Part shown: positions 43,920 to 53,404 of the stretch, piece by piece
How the letters are laid out: each line of letters opens with the position of its first letter
Numbering within the stretch: position 1 is the first letter of the stretch
Assembly: GCA_035193785.1 (NCBI GenBank)
Contig: CP136572.1
Span: forward strand, 1,312,001 to 1,376,000
Reading direction: 5' to 3'
Length of the DNA: 64,000 nt
Origin: Planktothrix sp. GU0601_MAG3
GTDB taxonomy: Bacteria > Cyanobacteriota > Cyanobacteriia > Cyanobacteriales > Microcoleaceae
Made by a program: the position numbers and the translations under genes
The notes under the pieces: model-generated
Database searches by the model: none
What the model saw: only the letters and a program-made list of their open reading frames with translations
Told to the model about the DNA's origin: nothing

Positions 43920-44233
43920 GTGGTAGAAATTGCCGATTCTGGGGGGTTAATGGCGTTGTAAATTTCCTGTAAATATTCCCAATCCTTGAGAAACAGTCCT
44001 TCTAAATCTTCTGGGGTGACGGGGGATAATTCCCCTAACTGGACAATCACCCGTGAAAGCAGGATCAGAGTCCCATAGGCCGGATTTTCCCAGCTACGGG
44101 CGTCGGTTTGGTACAATTCATCTTTGCCTGTAGCTAGACGCATTTCCCCGTCCTGATGTCGTTGGTCTTGGTTGTCCAGTAACCCGACGGGTAGGGAAAA
44201 ACTAAAGGTGATCGGAGAATTATTTTCCATCAA
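43907..44233 (-). CDS. Tail assembly chaperone-like protein 2
   Basis: FSLPVGLLD...H.DGEMRLATGKDE...NPAY...LLSRVI.QLG...LF..D..YLQ..Y..IN. Confidence 0.85.
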   Translation of the reverse strand: MMENNSPITFSFSLPVGLLDNQDQRHQDGEMRLATGKDELYQTDARSWENPAYGTLILLSRVIVQLGELSPVTPEDLEGLFLKDWEYLQEIYNAINPPESAISTTGEL

Positions 44234-44353
44234 ACATAGTTATAGCAAGAGGGAATAGGCAATAGGGAATAGGTAATAGGTAAATACTTATTATGAGCAG
44301 CTTTTAGCTTTTAAGAATGTCCTAATAGATGTGGCAACTGCTATAATTTTGTA

Positions 44354-44695
44354 TTATTCAGGTTGATCATAAACTGAGGATGGATTGGGAGGGTTGGGTT
44401 GATCTTCCTCTAATTCGTTAATGTGGCGATAAAACTTTTGTAAATAGCTTAAATCGGAGGCAAATAGATTTTCAATTACCATGGGTGAAATTTCTTCCAA
44501 AGTGCCTAGCTGGGTAATAACACGAGAGAGAATAATTACAGTAGCATAGGCTGGATTTGATTTAACTCTGGGGTCGCGCATGGGCACAATTTCATCAATA
44601 GCCCGGGATAATCGCATTACACCTTGACGGTGACAATCCCCCTGTTCATCTAGGTATCCTTTGGGTAGGGTAAACTCAAATTCAGTTTGGATCAT
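44354..44695 (-). CDS. Tail assembly chaperone-like protein 1
   Basis: TEFEFTLPKGYLD..G..HRQGVMRL..A.DEI...RDPRV..NPAY...ILSRVI; paralog of the downstream gene. Confidence 0.88.
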   Translation of the reverse strand: MIQTEFEFTLPKGYLDEQGDCHRQGVMRLSRAIDEIVPMRDPRVKSNPAYATVIILSRVITQLGTLEEISPMVIENLFASDLSYLQKFYRHINELEEDQPNPPNPSSVYDQPE

Positions 44696-45216
44696 GACAA
44701 GGATTTGGGAAGGAGAGGAACTCGCTTAAAGCTTTCTACCGCTAATTCTAGTTGCTCAAAAGCGAGATCTGAACCAGAAACAACACTATCAGCAACGGTG
44801 TAGGAAACAGGCCAAGCACCTTTAAAATTAAACCGAGCGCCTTCGTCACTACTTTGGCGATAGATAACTAAAGAACCATCATAGCTTTGAGTTGCCCATT
44901 GACCGGCTTGCACATTTTCAATCCACTTCCATAAGGTAGTTGATGCACTTAGACCCCGACGCAAATTAATATTATTAACCTTTTCATTTCCCGGCATTTT
45001 TGTTCTTAGGACTCGTCCCCGTTTGGCTTTCCCCCAAGGTTGAGGAAAAACTTCAGCTAATTCTATTAAACTTTGGGTATATTTAAACCCTTTGCATTCC
45101 ATAAAATAAGCATCAACAGGCTCGCTGCTGCCATTCAGTTTTAACTCAACATAAAACCGAGCAACGGTCAGAATTTCTGATAAATTTTGTTTTAATTGGT
45201 CTTGATTAATTTGCAT
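44692..45216 (-). CDS. T4 gp19-like tail tube protein
   Basis: RFYVEL...FMECKG...INLRRG...LWKW...RFNFKGAWP...E.LELAVE. Confidence 0.9.
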   Translation of the reverse strand: MQINQDQLKQNLSEILTVARFYVELKLNGSSEPVDAYFMECKGFKYTQSLIELAEVFPQPWGKAKRGRVLRTKMPGNEKVNNINLRRGLSASTTLWKWIENVQAGQWATQSYDGSLVIYRQSSDEGARFNFKGAWPVSYTVADSVVSGSDLAFEQLELAVESFKRVPLLPKSLS

Positions 45217-45324
45217 ATCAAGTTAGGTTTATGCTGGGTGAATAGTTGTCTGTTGACGGTTAACTATCAATGATTCAGCTTATTAGGGTCAATCAAAAGC
45301 ATTACTGCATAGTAATTATTTTTC

Positions 45325-45394
45325 CCCATTACCCATTACCCATTACCCATTACCCATTACCCATTACCCATTACCCATTACCCATTACCCATTA
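45325..45394. repeat. STRR heptamer array (CCCATTA)x10
   Basis: Direct reading. Confidence 0.93.
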
Positions 45395-45438
45395 ACCGCC
45401 AACAGCCCATCTGCCAAGCCTCAACACCTGGTTAGAGT

Positions 45439-45942
45439 TTAGTTGCTCCGACCGGAAACCCGCATCATCCCGGCATGGGCAACCTCAATGGTTTCTTTAA
45501 AAATATCAGCACTGTCAGCTTTTACCTGAGTGGTTTTGTATTTAGCGGGAATAGCATCTTTAATATTCCATCGAGCACCTTCGGAACCATTTTGTTTGTA
45601 GAAAACTAGGGAAGCTTCATAACGCCGAGCCATGGTTTGCCGACCGCCCCCTCCCATGGCCTGTGGGTGTGAATCCACATACCATTGCAAGAGGATATCA
45701 TTATCAACGGCGGTGACAAACTCCAGGGTAATGTTTTGATAACTGACGGTGGCGGGAGTGGTTTGTGTATCCGTAGCCATGCCCTTGCGGGTTCCGATGG
45801 GCTTACCCTCAGAAGCCGGATCTATAGTAATTGAAAGTCCACTGGCTTTGGAAATCAGTAACCTTGTATTATTATTAATTTCTAAGTAAAAGCGAGAAAC
45901 CGTCAGGTATTCCATTAGGTTTCTCTGAGTTGCTGCTGTCAT
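45439..45942 (-). CDS. T4 gp19-like tail tube protein
   Basis: SRFYLEI...SGL...NITLE...W...ARWNIKDAIPAKY...ETIEVAH. Confidence 0.88.
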   Translation of the reverse strand: MTAATQRNLMEYLTVSRFYLEINNNTRLLISKASGLSITIDPASEGKPIGTRKGMATDTQTTPATVSYQNITLEFVTAVDNDILLQWYVDSHPQAMGGGGRQTMARRYEASLVFYKQNGSEGARWNIKDAIPAKYKTTQVKADSADIFKETIEVAHAGMMRVSGRSN

Positions 45943-46031
45943 TTTAAATATTCCTCCTGATCAATAATTAGATTGATTTTGTTTTGAATTACTGTCGCCC
46001 ATCTAGCCCGATTTGTCGGGGGTATGTTGGC

Positions 46032-46158
46032 AATTACGAATTACGAATTATCAATTACGAATTAATGAATTAATGAATTAATCAATTAGGAGTTAATGAA
46101 TTAATCAATTAGGAGTTAGCTAATTGTCTCGTAATTCGTAATTCGTAATTCGTAATTC
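46032..46158. repeat. Inverted pair of heptamer arrays (AATTACG)n ... (CGTAATT)n, potential stem-loop
   Basis: 46032-46064 is largely the reverse complement of 46129-46158. Confidence 0.8.
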
Positions 46159-46166
46159 ATTATATG

Positions 46167-46689
46167 TCATCGACCACTATAGGTAACGGCGGCACCGCTC
46201 ACGGATTTGACTTTATTAATTCGTTCAGCTACCAGTTTCATAGGTTTCTACTGCCAGATCTTGACCTGTGACGTCCGCATCGGCAATGGAGTATTTTTTC
46301 GGCCAAGCGCGTTCTAAATTCCACCGGAGGATTTCCCTGCCGTTGGGGTCATAAACAACAACTGAGCCACTTTTACGGTTATTTGACCAGTTGCCGTTAC
46401 CGCCCTCACTAACGGGTAAGCATTCTTGAAACCATCTGTACATTTGGGCACTCGCACCTTGGGGAGCATCGCAGAGGTAAACTTCAATGGTCATGGCGGG
46501 GTTAGAATCGTAACCACCAGAGGTAGTTTGGCGGTCATGAATTCCGCCTTTTGATGAACCTATGGGTTTAGCATTTCCTGTGACTTTACCTTCATAGGAA
46601 ATTTGAGCCATACTTTTAATTTGAGCCTGAGTAATTCCGTCAAACTCTACATAAAATCGAGACGCAACAGTAGTAACAACTCCGACCAT
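46167..46689 (-). CDS. T4 gp19-like major tail tube protein; apparent +1 error at 46235
   Basis: SRFYVEFDG...RKSGSVVVYDPNG.EILRWNL.RAWP.KY; the corrected end reads ETYELVAERINKVKSVSGAAVTYSGR*. Confidence 0.9.
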
Positions 46690-46828
46690 GTTTTTATTCC
46701 TTTTCTAAGTTTTTATTGGGCAAATAAGGATCACGGATTTAAGAGGATTTCACGAATTTCACGGATTTTAATTAGTTTTAATTGGCGTAATCTTCTGAAA
46801 TCCCCTAAACCCCAAACTCGATTTGTAT

Positions 46829-48632
46829 TTAACCGAATTCGCCTCCGGCTTCTTCGTTTTCATCTCCGGTGATCTGACTCATGCGGAAGATGACGAATTC
46901 AGCCGGGCGCACGGGAGCTACGCCAACTTCAACGTATAAACGGCCTAACAGCATCGTTTGTGGGGTGTTGATTTCTTCGTCACACTTGACGTAGTAGGCT
47001 TGGGCTGGGCCATTACCAACGAGGGCTCCTTGTCGCCAAAGGGAGTCAAGGAAATTACTCAGGGTGCGTTTAACCCGTTGCCAGAGGTCTTCATCGTTGG
47101 GTTCAAAGACGACCCACTGGGTTCCCTGTTCAATGGATTTCTCAATGTAGCTCATCAAGCGACGGACGTTAATATAGCGCCATTGAATATTATCCGCTTC
47201 CACCAGGGTACGGGCTCCCCAAATCCGTAAGCCACGGTTGGGGAAACTGCGGACACAGTTAATTCCCAAGGGGTTTAATAATTCCTGTTCTCGGAAGTTG
47301 CAGTCATAACTCAAACCGACCAGACCACGGGGGACTTCATTGGCGGGAGCCTTATGGACACCTCTGGTTTCATCCACCCGTGACCAGACGCCTGCAACAT
47401 ATCCACAGGGAGGAATGGAAATCGGACGCCCGGCATTCCGGGGGTTGGGAACTTTGATCCAAGGATAGTAGAGGGCCGCAAATTGAGAGCGACGGTTAAA
47501 TTCTTCGGAGAGCCAACGGGCTACATCTTGGGGTTTAACCCGATCAGGAGGGGTATCGAGAATCACCATCCGGTTTGGTGGGTTGGGAATATCACCCGCC
47601 GTCGCACCTTCACTCAGACTGAGCATCATATCCATGATCCCATGAAGCTGATCGAGATTCATCAATCCGGCTTCGTACACGCGCATTAAGTCGGGACAGG
47701 CAACAATGGTCACGTCGTCGATTTCAAATAAACCCCGTACCCCTGTGCGATCATCCCGTCCACCTTCGACATATTGACTGAATAGTTCGGGCCGAACGTC
47801 GAGAGGCGGGGGGCTGACTTCATAGAAGCCATTATTGGGGCGTTTTGCTAGGGGGCTGCCGGTGAGGGAAATGTCTGTGAGCCTAATGTAGCGGGACTCT
47901 TGCAGGGCGCTGAACACATAATCTGCGACGGCGGCATCGGCTTGGGGGTTCATGGTCAGATGTTCGTAGCGTTCTAGCTCTTCGCCATCTTGGGTGATCA
48001 CAACGGTGAAGTATTCCCCTGTGTTGGCGGGCATTACGGTTATTGCCCTTGCACCTGTTGCCCCATCTACCTCTGTGCCTGTACCTGTACCTGTACCTGC
48101 TGATGAGGTTGGGGGTAAGGCGGGGGCGGGGGCGGGGGCGGGGGCTTTGGGTTGTCCCTCGGTAATTCTAACCCGGATGCTTCTCTCGTTGGGTGATAGT
48201 AAAGCACCGTTATTGTTCTCGGTGGAGGCAATTGCGGGATCGCTGAGGGAAAACCGCAGGGCGGGACGTTTGGCGCGGTTTCATCACCTCTGTGCCTAAT
48301 TCCGTTGGTGCTGGGGCAGCAGAACCTGGTAATCTGGTGCCGATACTGGTTACCCAACAACGGCCGCCACCGTTTAAAAACCAGCCGTAAACTGAAAAGG
48401 GCAGGTAGGCGTTGAAGTCGGTGAAGCCGTCGGAATTGGGGCGGGCGAAATATTGGAGGTATTGGCTCCAGGTGGTGACTAACATTGGTTTGAACATTTC
48501 GGCACCACCGCGCACATCTTCGGTAAAGCCTAGAAATCCGGCGATCGCGGTGGAGACTCCTGCTATCGGACGACTTCCTCTATCAACTTCTTCTACATAC
48601 ACACCTGGAGCAAAATAGTCAAGTCTTGCCAT
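46829..48632 (-). CDS. Contractile tail sheath protein; apparent +1 error at 48278
   Basis: MARLDYFAPGVYVEEV; FAALYYPW, GVHKAPANE, LNPLGINC.R, WGARTL, WRYINVRRL, WVVFEPN and APVRPAEFVIFR motifs. Confidence 0.96.
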
Positions 48633-49126
48633 ATTTGATTTTCCTTATATCAATACTTAGCCTTCGAGTGCTGCACATTAAATTGTTGAGCAGCCCAGAT
48701 CGGGTTTGTCCTGATTACTAATTATTACTATGGGTCGGTTTGTGCCCAATACCGCCGTTTAGTTAATCTCCCTAGATTAAGGTGAAATCTACCTCTGAGG
48801 TTATAGACTTTGGTCGAAATTTTTGGCTTTTTAAATAGGTTGTTAATCCTAAAGCTTGGTTGTGGCTGCTCTAAACTTGATCTTAGGTATTTTCTGCCAT
48901 CCAGTTTAGAGGGTTCTCAGCTAATTTTTATTTTCTTTAGTCAAATTATATTTAACATTACTTTATTTTTCTTATTGATTTGTTAGATTTCTATACAAAT
49001 TTGTTGAGAATTGGGTCGTAAAAGTTAAATTTGTATCTGAAGATAGATGTTATATTAGAACATAGTGTTACAGACACAAACTTCCTTCCAGGGCATCAAA
49101 CCAGATTAGTTTTAATTGGACTTGAT
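48633..49126. promoter_or_regulatory. Divergent intergenic region between the structural CIS genes and the regulator/cap/ATPase genes
   Basis: AT-rich non-coding interval between head-to-head genes; no specific site assigned. Confidence 0.55.
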
Positions 49127-49927
49127 ATGTGGGTAAATCAACTTAATCACACTCCTAATCAACAGCCTGCAAATGTTTCTAGGCTTGTGCCTAAGAGCAT
49201 TTCACCAGAAACAATTGCGGTTATGCTTGTGGCCTGTGAATTGCCTTTCTGCAAGAGTTTGCAGGTATTACTTAAAGTTTATAACTTGAGTTCATCATGG
49301 CAAATTAAGCTAGTTGGTAACGCGAGTTCAATTAAACCAGTCCTGAGTATGGCCGCCCAATGTCAACCCGGTTTGATTTTCCTAGATTGGGATTTATTTC
49401 AACAGCCGGATGAGGGTATTAAAATTATCAGAAGTTTAAGTCAAAGATCGGAAGAAAATCAGAATCGGAGCAAAATTTTAGTATTGTCTTCTTTGGGAGA
49501 GGAAAGTAGTATTTTTGCGACGATGCAAGCCGGAGCTTGGGGATATTTGTTGAAGGAAAATTTACCGACGCAACTACCTATTGCGATTACGGCGGCGCTG
49601 AATGATCAAGTTTATTTATGTCCAGAAGTTGCAGCCCGATTCTTTCACGCTTTTCAAATTCACCAAGATCAATCAACAGCTACTCAACCCAAGGAATCAT
49701 CCCATCAACTGACAGAATTAAATAGCTATAATCCCTATAATTTAACCAATAGAGAACGGGAAGTCCTAAAATTGCTGGTGGAGGGATACCGCAATCAAGA
49801 AATTGCTGTTTCCCTTTATATTACCGTAGCAACAGTCAAAGCCCATTTAACAACAATATTTGAAAAATTAGACGTAGATAGTCGTAGTCGAGCGATTGTT
49901 CGGTCGTTACATCTGGGTCTTGTTTAA
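49127..49927 (+). CDS. NarL/LuxR-family response regulator
   Basis: REC domain (IFLDWD, LVLSS, AGAWGYLLK) plus LuxR HTH LTNREREVLKLL.EG..NQEIA..L.IT.ATVKAHL..IFEKL; first ATG chosen as start. Confidence 0.92.
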   Translation: MWVNQLNHTPNQQPANVSRLVPKSISPETIAVMLVACELPFCKSLQVLLKVYNLSSSWQIKLVGNASSIKPVLSMAAQCQPGLIFLDWDLFQQPDEGIKIIRSLSQRSEENQNRSKILVLSSLGEESSIFATMQAGAWGYLLKENLPTQLPIAITAALNDQVYLCPEVAARFFHAFQIHQDQSTATQPKESSHQLTELNSYNPYNLTNREREVLKLLVEGYRNQEIAVSLYITVATVKAHLTTIFEKLDVDSRSRAIVRSLHLGLV

Positions 49928-49940
49928 GATAAATTAAAGT

Positions 49941-51213
49941 ATGAGTAATTATTTAGGTATTGCCACTGTCACCGCAACATTGCAGAGGATGTTACAACAA
50001 TCTGTGCAAGTAGATGTGGAGGGGGCAAGGGTGACAACAAGCCGCCCAGAAAATAGCGGGGGAACTCCAGAAACCGGAATTAGCATTTACCTCTACCATT
50101 TGAAGCGCAATACTTCTCTGGGAAATGCCGATATGCCACCCCGTCAAAGGAAAGGAGAATTAACAAAGCGGAATCAATTACCGATAGATTTATACTATCT
50201 GTTAAGTTGTTATGGGAATGAGATCGAATTGGAGCCTCAGCGCCTATTAGGAAGTGCGCTGCGAAACCCTCGAAGATCGAGCGGTTTTGTCAGCCCAAAT
50301 GATTTTAGAAACGGTCAATGATCCGAGTTATCCTTTTTTAGCTAATTCTGATCTATCGGAACAAATTGAGATGATCCGAGCGGAATTTGTGCCGATTTCC
50401 ACGGATGAATTATCGAAAGTTTGGTCAGTCTTTTTTCAAACCCCTTATGTTTTATCTGTGATCTATAAAATTACAGTTGTGGTGTTAGATGGTGAGGAAT
50501 CTGCAATGGTAGCACTTCCGATCCGCGATCGCACCCTAAACGCCTGGACGTTTAGCAAACAACCTTCTGTTGATTTTGTCATGTCAACCGAAGGTCGATA
50601 TCAACCTATTTTCAGCCATAGTACCTTATTAATTCAAGGTAAAATGCTGGCTAATGCCAATGCCTCGATTAGAATTGGGGGTGTGGAAGTGGCACCGAGT
50701 ACGGTGCAAGATCGATCAATTACCTTAGCTTTAACCTTAGTACCACCAGAGGCCCTCCGACCCGGGGTTCAGGGGTTACAGGTGATTCACGGGCGTATGT
50801 TGGAGAGGGGAAGCACGAATGGCCCCATGCAAGAGCGGGTTGAGTCCAATGTGGCTCCGTTTGTGTTGCGACCAGGTATCAAGGAGGTGAATCTGCTGAA
50901 TGGGTCGGGAACGGATGACGAGCTTCGTGATGCTCAGGTCGAAGTGTTGACAGACCTGCGGATCGGTAAAGATCAGCGAGTGATTCTGATTTTAAATGAA
51001 CAGACCGCCCTACAGCCGGCCGCTTACATTTTCAATGCTCAGTCTCGGAGAAGCAATACTTTTCGTCTTCTTTTCTCACTTAAAAACATCAAAAACAGCA
51101 ACTATTTAGTGAGGATTCAAGTGGATGGTGCAGAAAGTCTCTGTCAAATTGATGGCGATCGCCATAGTCCCACCTTTGATCAGTATATTAGTCCAATGAT
51201 CACCATCCCCTAG
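49941..51213 (+). CDS. DUF4255 / Pvc16-like cap (sheath terminator) with C-terminal Ig-like domains; apparent +1 error at 50263
   Basis: MSNYLGIATVTATL...ISIYLY...LPIDLYYLLSCYG...QRLLGSA...ELSKVWS.F.QTPY.LSV.Y. Confidence 0.9.
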
Positions 51214-51283
51214 TAGTAAGCCCTTCAGGGCTTCTTTATGGTCTATATGCAAATCTGGCTCAGAGTCCTAAAGGACTCACTAC
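51213..51283. repeat. GTAG-type REP doublet with two hairpins
   Basis: GTAGT-AAGCCC-TTCA-GGGCTT ... GAGTCC-TAAA-GGACTC-ACTAC. Confidence 0.75.
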
Positions 51284-51302
51284 AATTGAATTTTTATTCA
51301 AA

Positions 51303-53266
51303 ATGAACGCTGTTTCTGTACAAAACTGGCAAAAAGCCAACCAAGAATCCCTAATGGTGGCACTGGCTCAAGTGCGACTGGTACTGGAATGGAAGGCTGG
51401 CCAAGACGGTCAAACTCCAAAGCCAACGGCCACTTCCGAACCATCGGATCATTCATCTCTACAACAGATCTGTCGGGTCTTTGGCTTGTCCACCTTTGAA
51501 CGGGACTTACTGATGATCTGTGCAGGTATGGAATTAGATGCCAGTTTTGCCAGCCTGTGCGCCCTAGCTCAAGGGGACTCGCAAAAACTTTATCCCACCT
51601 TTAGTTTAGCCCTCAGTAGCCTCGATAATCCCCATTGGAACGCCCTCACCCCCACGGCTCCCCTACGACACTGGCGATTAATTGAGATTGGTAGTGGATC
51701 AGCACTTACCCAGAGTCCCCTCCGCATTGACGAGCGCATCCTGCATTATTTGGTGGGAGTACAGCACTTAGATGAGCGACTGATGGGGATAATAGAGCCA
51801 CTAAAAGGAGAAAATAAATTAGTTCCTTCTCACCAACAGTTAGCTAAACAGTTAGCAGAAACCCTGTCTCAGAGTGCCGGAAACGACATTGTACCAGCCG
51901 TGCAACTCTGTGGGGAAGATACCAGTAGCAAACGGGCGATCGCCCTATCCGCCTGCCAAATATTGGGACTGGATGCCCATTTACTCAGGGCTGATCACTT
52001 ACCCAGCAACCGAAACGAACTTTCTCAACTGCTGCGGTTATGGGATCGAGAAGCGGTTTTGTGTAATAGTGCCTTAGTGTTGGACTGCGACGAAGTTGAC
52101 GGTTTCAGATCGGGACGGAAATGCTGTCGCCCAGATCATTGAACAAATTAACAGTCCTCTGATTATCACCACACGAGATCGGATTAGTCAGAGACAGCGC
52201 CCGTTAGTGAATTTTGAAGTTAGCAAGCCTACCCACTCAGAACAATACCTATTATGGGAGGAGGCACTGGTGATGGAGCGTCGGGAGTTGCCGGAGATTA
52301 TAGAACACCTAGTCGGACAATTTAATCTGAATGCCCCCGCCATTGCTGCGGCTTGTGCCAGTACCCTCGGACAAATGGGGCTAAGTGAGGATTATGATCA
52401 GCTAAATAATACTTTATGGGAGGCTTGTCGCGCCCAAGCTCGTCCCCGCATGGAGGATTTAGCCCAACGAATTGAACCGAGTGCGAGTTGGGAGGATTTG
52501 GTATTACCTGAAATGCAGTCACAAACTCTGAAAGCGGTGATTGCCCATGTTCGCCAGCGTGTTAAGGTTTATCAAGGTTGGGGGTTTGCGAAAAAAGGCG
52601 GACGGGGTTTAGGAATTAGCGCGTTATTTGCTGGCCCTAGTGGGACGGGAAAAACCACGGCGGCGGAAGTGATGGCTCAGGAGTTAAATTTAGATTTATA
52701 TCGGATTGATCTGAGTTCGGTGGTGAGTAAATATATTGGGGAAACGGAGAAGAATTTGCGACGGGTTTTTGATGCGGCGGAAACGGGTGGGGCGATTTTA
52801 CTTTTTGATGAAGCGGATGCTTTATTTGGAAAACGTTTCTGATGTGAAAGATTCCCATGACCGCCATGCAAATATTGAGGTTAGTTATTTATTACAACGG
52901 ATGGAAGCTTATGGAGGGTTAGCAATTTTAACTACGAATTTAAAGGGGGCATTAGATAGTGCATTTTTGCGAAGAATTCGGTTTGTAGTGCAGTTTCCGT
53001 TTCCTGATGTGACCCAACGGGCTGAAATTTGGCGTCGGATTTTTCCCAAGGAAATGCCATTAGAAGGGGTGGATGTGAATAAATTAGCTAAACTGAGTGT
53101 AGCCGGGGGGAATATTCGTAATATTGCTATGAATGCTGCTTTTTTGGCGGCGGATTCTAATGAAGCTGTGACGATGAAACATTTATTAAATGCGGCTCGT
53201 AGTGAAAGTATGAAGATGGAAAAACCGTTAACGGACACGGAGGTTAAAGGATGGGTTAGTCCTTAA
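51303..53266 (+). CDS. CIS AAA+ ATPase (Afp15/Pvc15-like); apparent +1 errors at 52102 and 52835
   Basis: Walker A GPSGTGKT, SKYIGETEKNL, Walker B LLFDEADALFGKR, DRHANIEVSYLLQRME, AFLRR. Confidence 0.95.
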
Positions 53267-53283
53267 AACAGTATATTACAAAA

Positions 53284-53323
53284 ATCCCAGGGGGAAAAGT
53301 GCGCCTTTCCCCTACACTGGGAT
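53284..53323. terminator. Hairpin between convergent genes (candidate terminator)
   Basis: ATCCCAG-GGGGAAA...TTTCCCC-TACA-CTGGGAT. Confidence 0.55.
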
Positions 53324-53404
53324 GGAGATATTTTTTGGGATAAATATATACTATTCATTGAGATTTGCTATATTCAGCCCGGCATTAAAATTAAAAAATT
53401 AACT

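Larger units (their letters stand above)
9676..53266. other. Contractile injection system (eCIS/CIS) gene cluster with accessory membrane module
   Basis: Sheath, tubes, VgrG, gp25, baseplate, cap, ATPase and DUF4157 genes present; no capsid, terminase or integrase; no TssJLM. Confidence 0.93.

Noticed and set aside
19460..48632. Prophage or type VI secretion system
   Set aside because: No capsid, portal, terminase or integrase, and no TssJLM/TssK/ClpV; DUF4255, Afp15-type ATPase and DUF4157 indicate eCIS/CIS
49034..49047. NtcA box
   Set aside because: GTA-N8-TAG is only a near match to GTA-N8-TAC; insufficient support
49031..49126. TTG-initiated N-terminal extension of the response regulator, and similar extensions of vgrG (to 25624) and the TPR-WD40 gene (to 55829)
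   Set aside because: Downstream ATGs fit the domain boundaries or the signal peptide better
9676..53266. Decayed or pseudogenised CIS locus
   Set aside because: The same single-base break also hits essential metG and non-CIS genes, the breaks share one motif, and I saw no in-frame nonsense codons; a sequencing artefact is more likely
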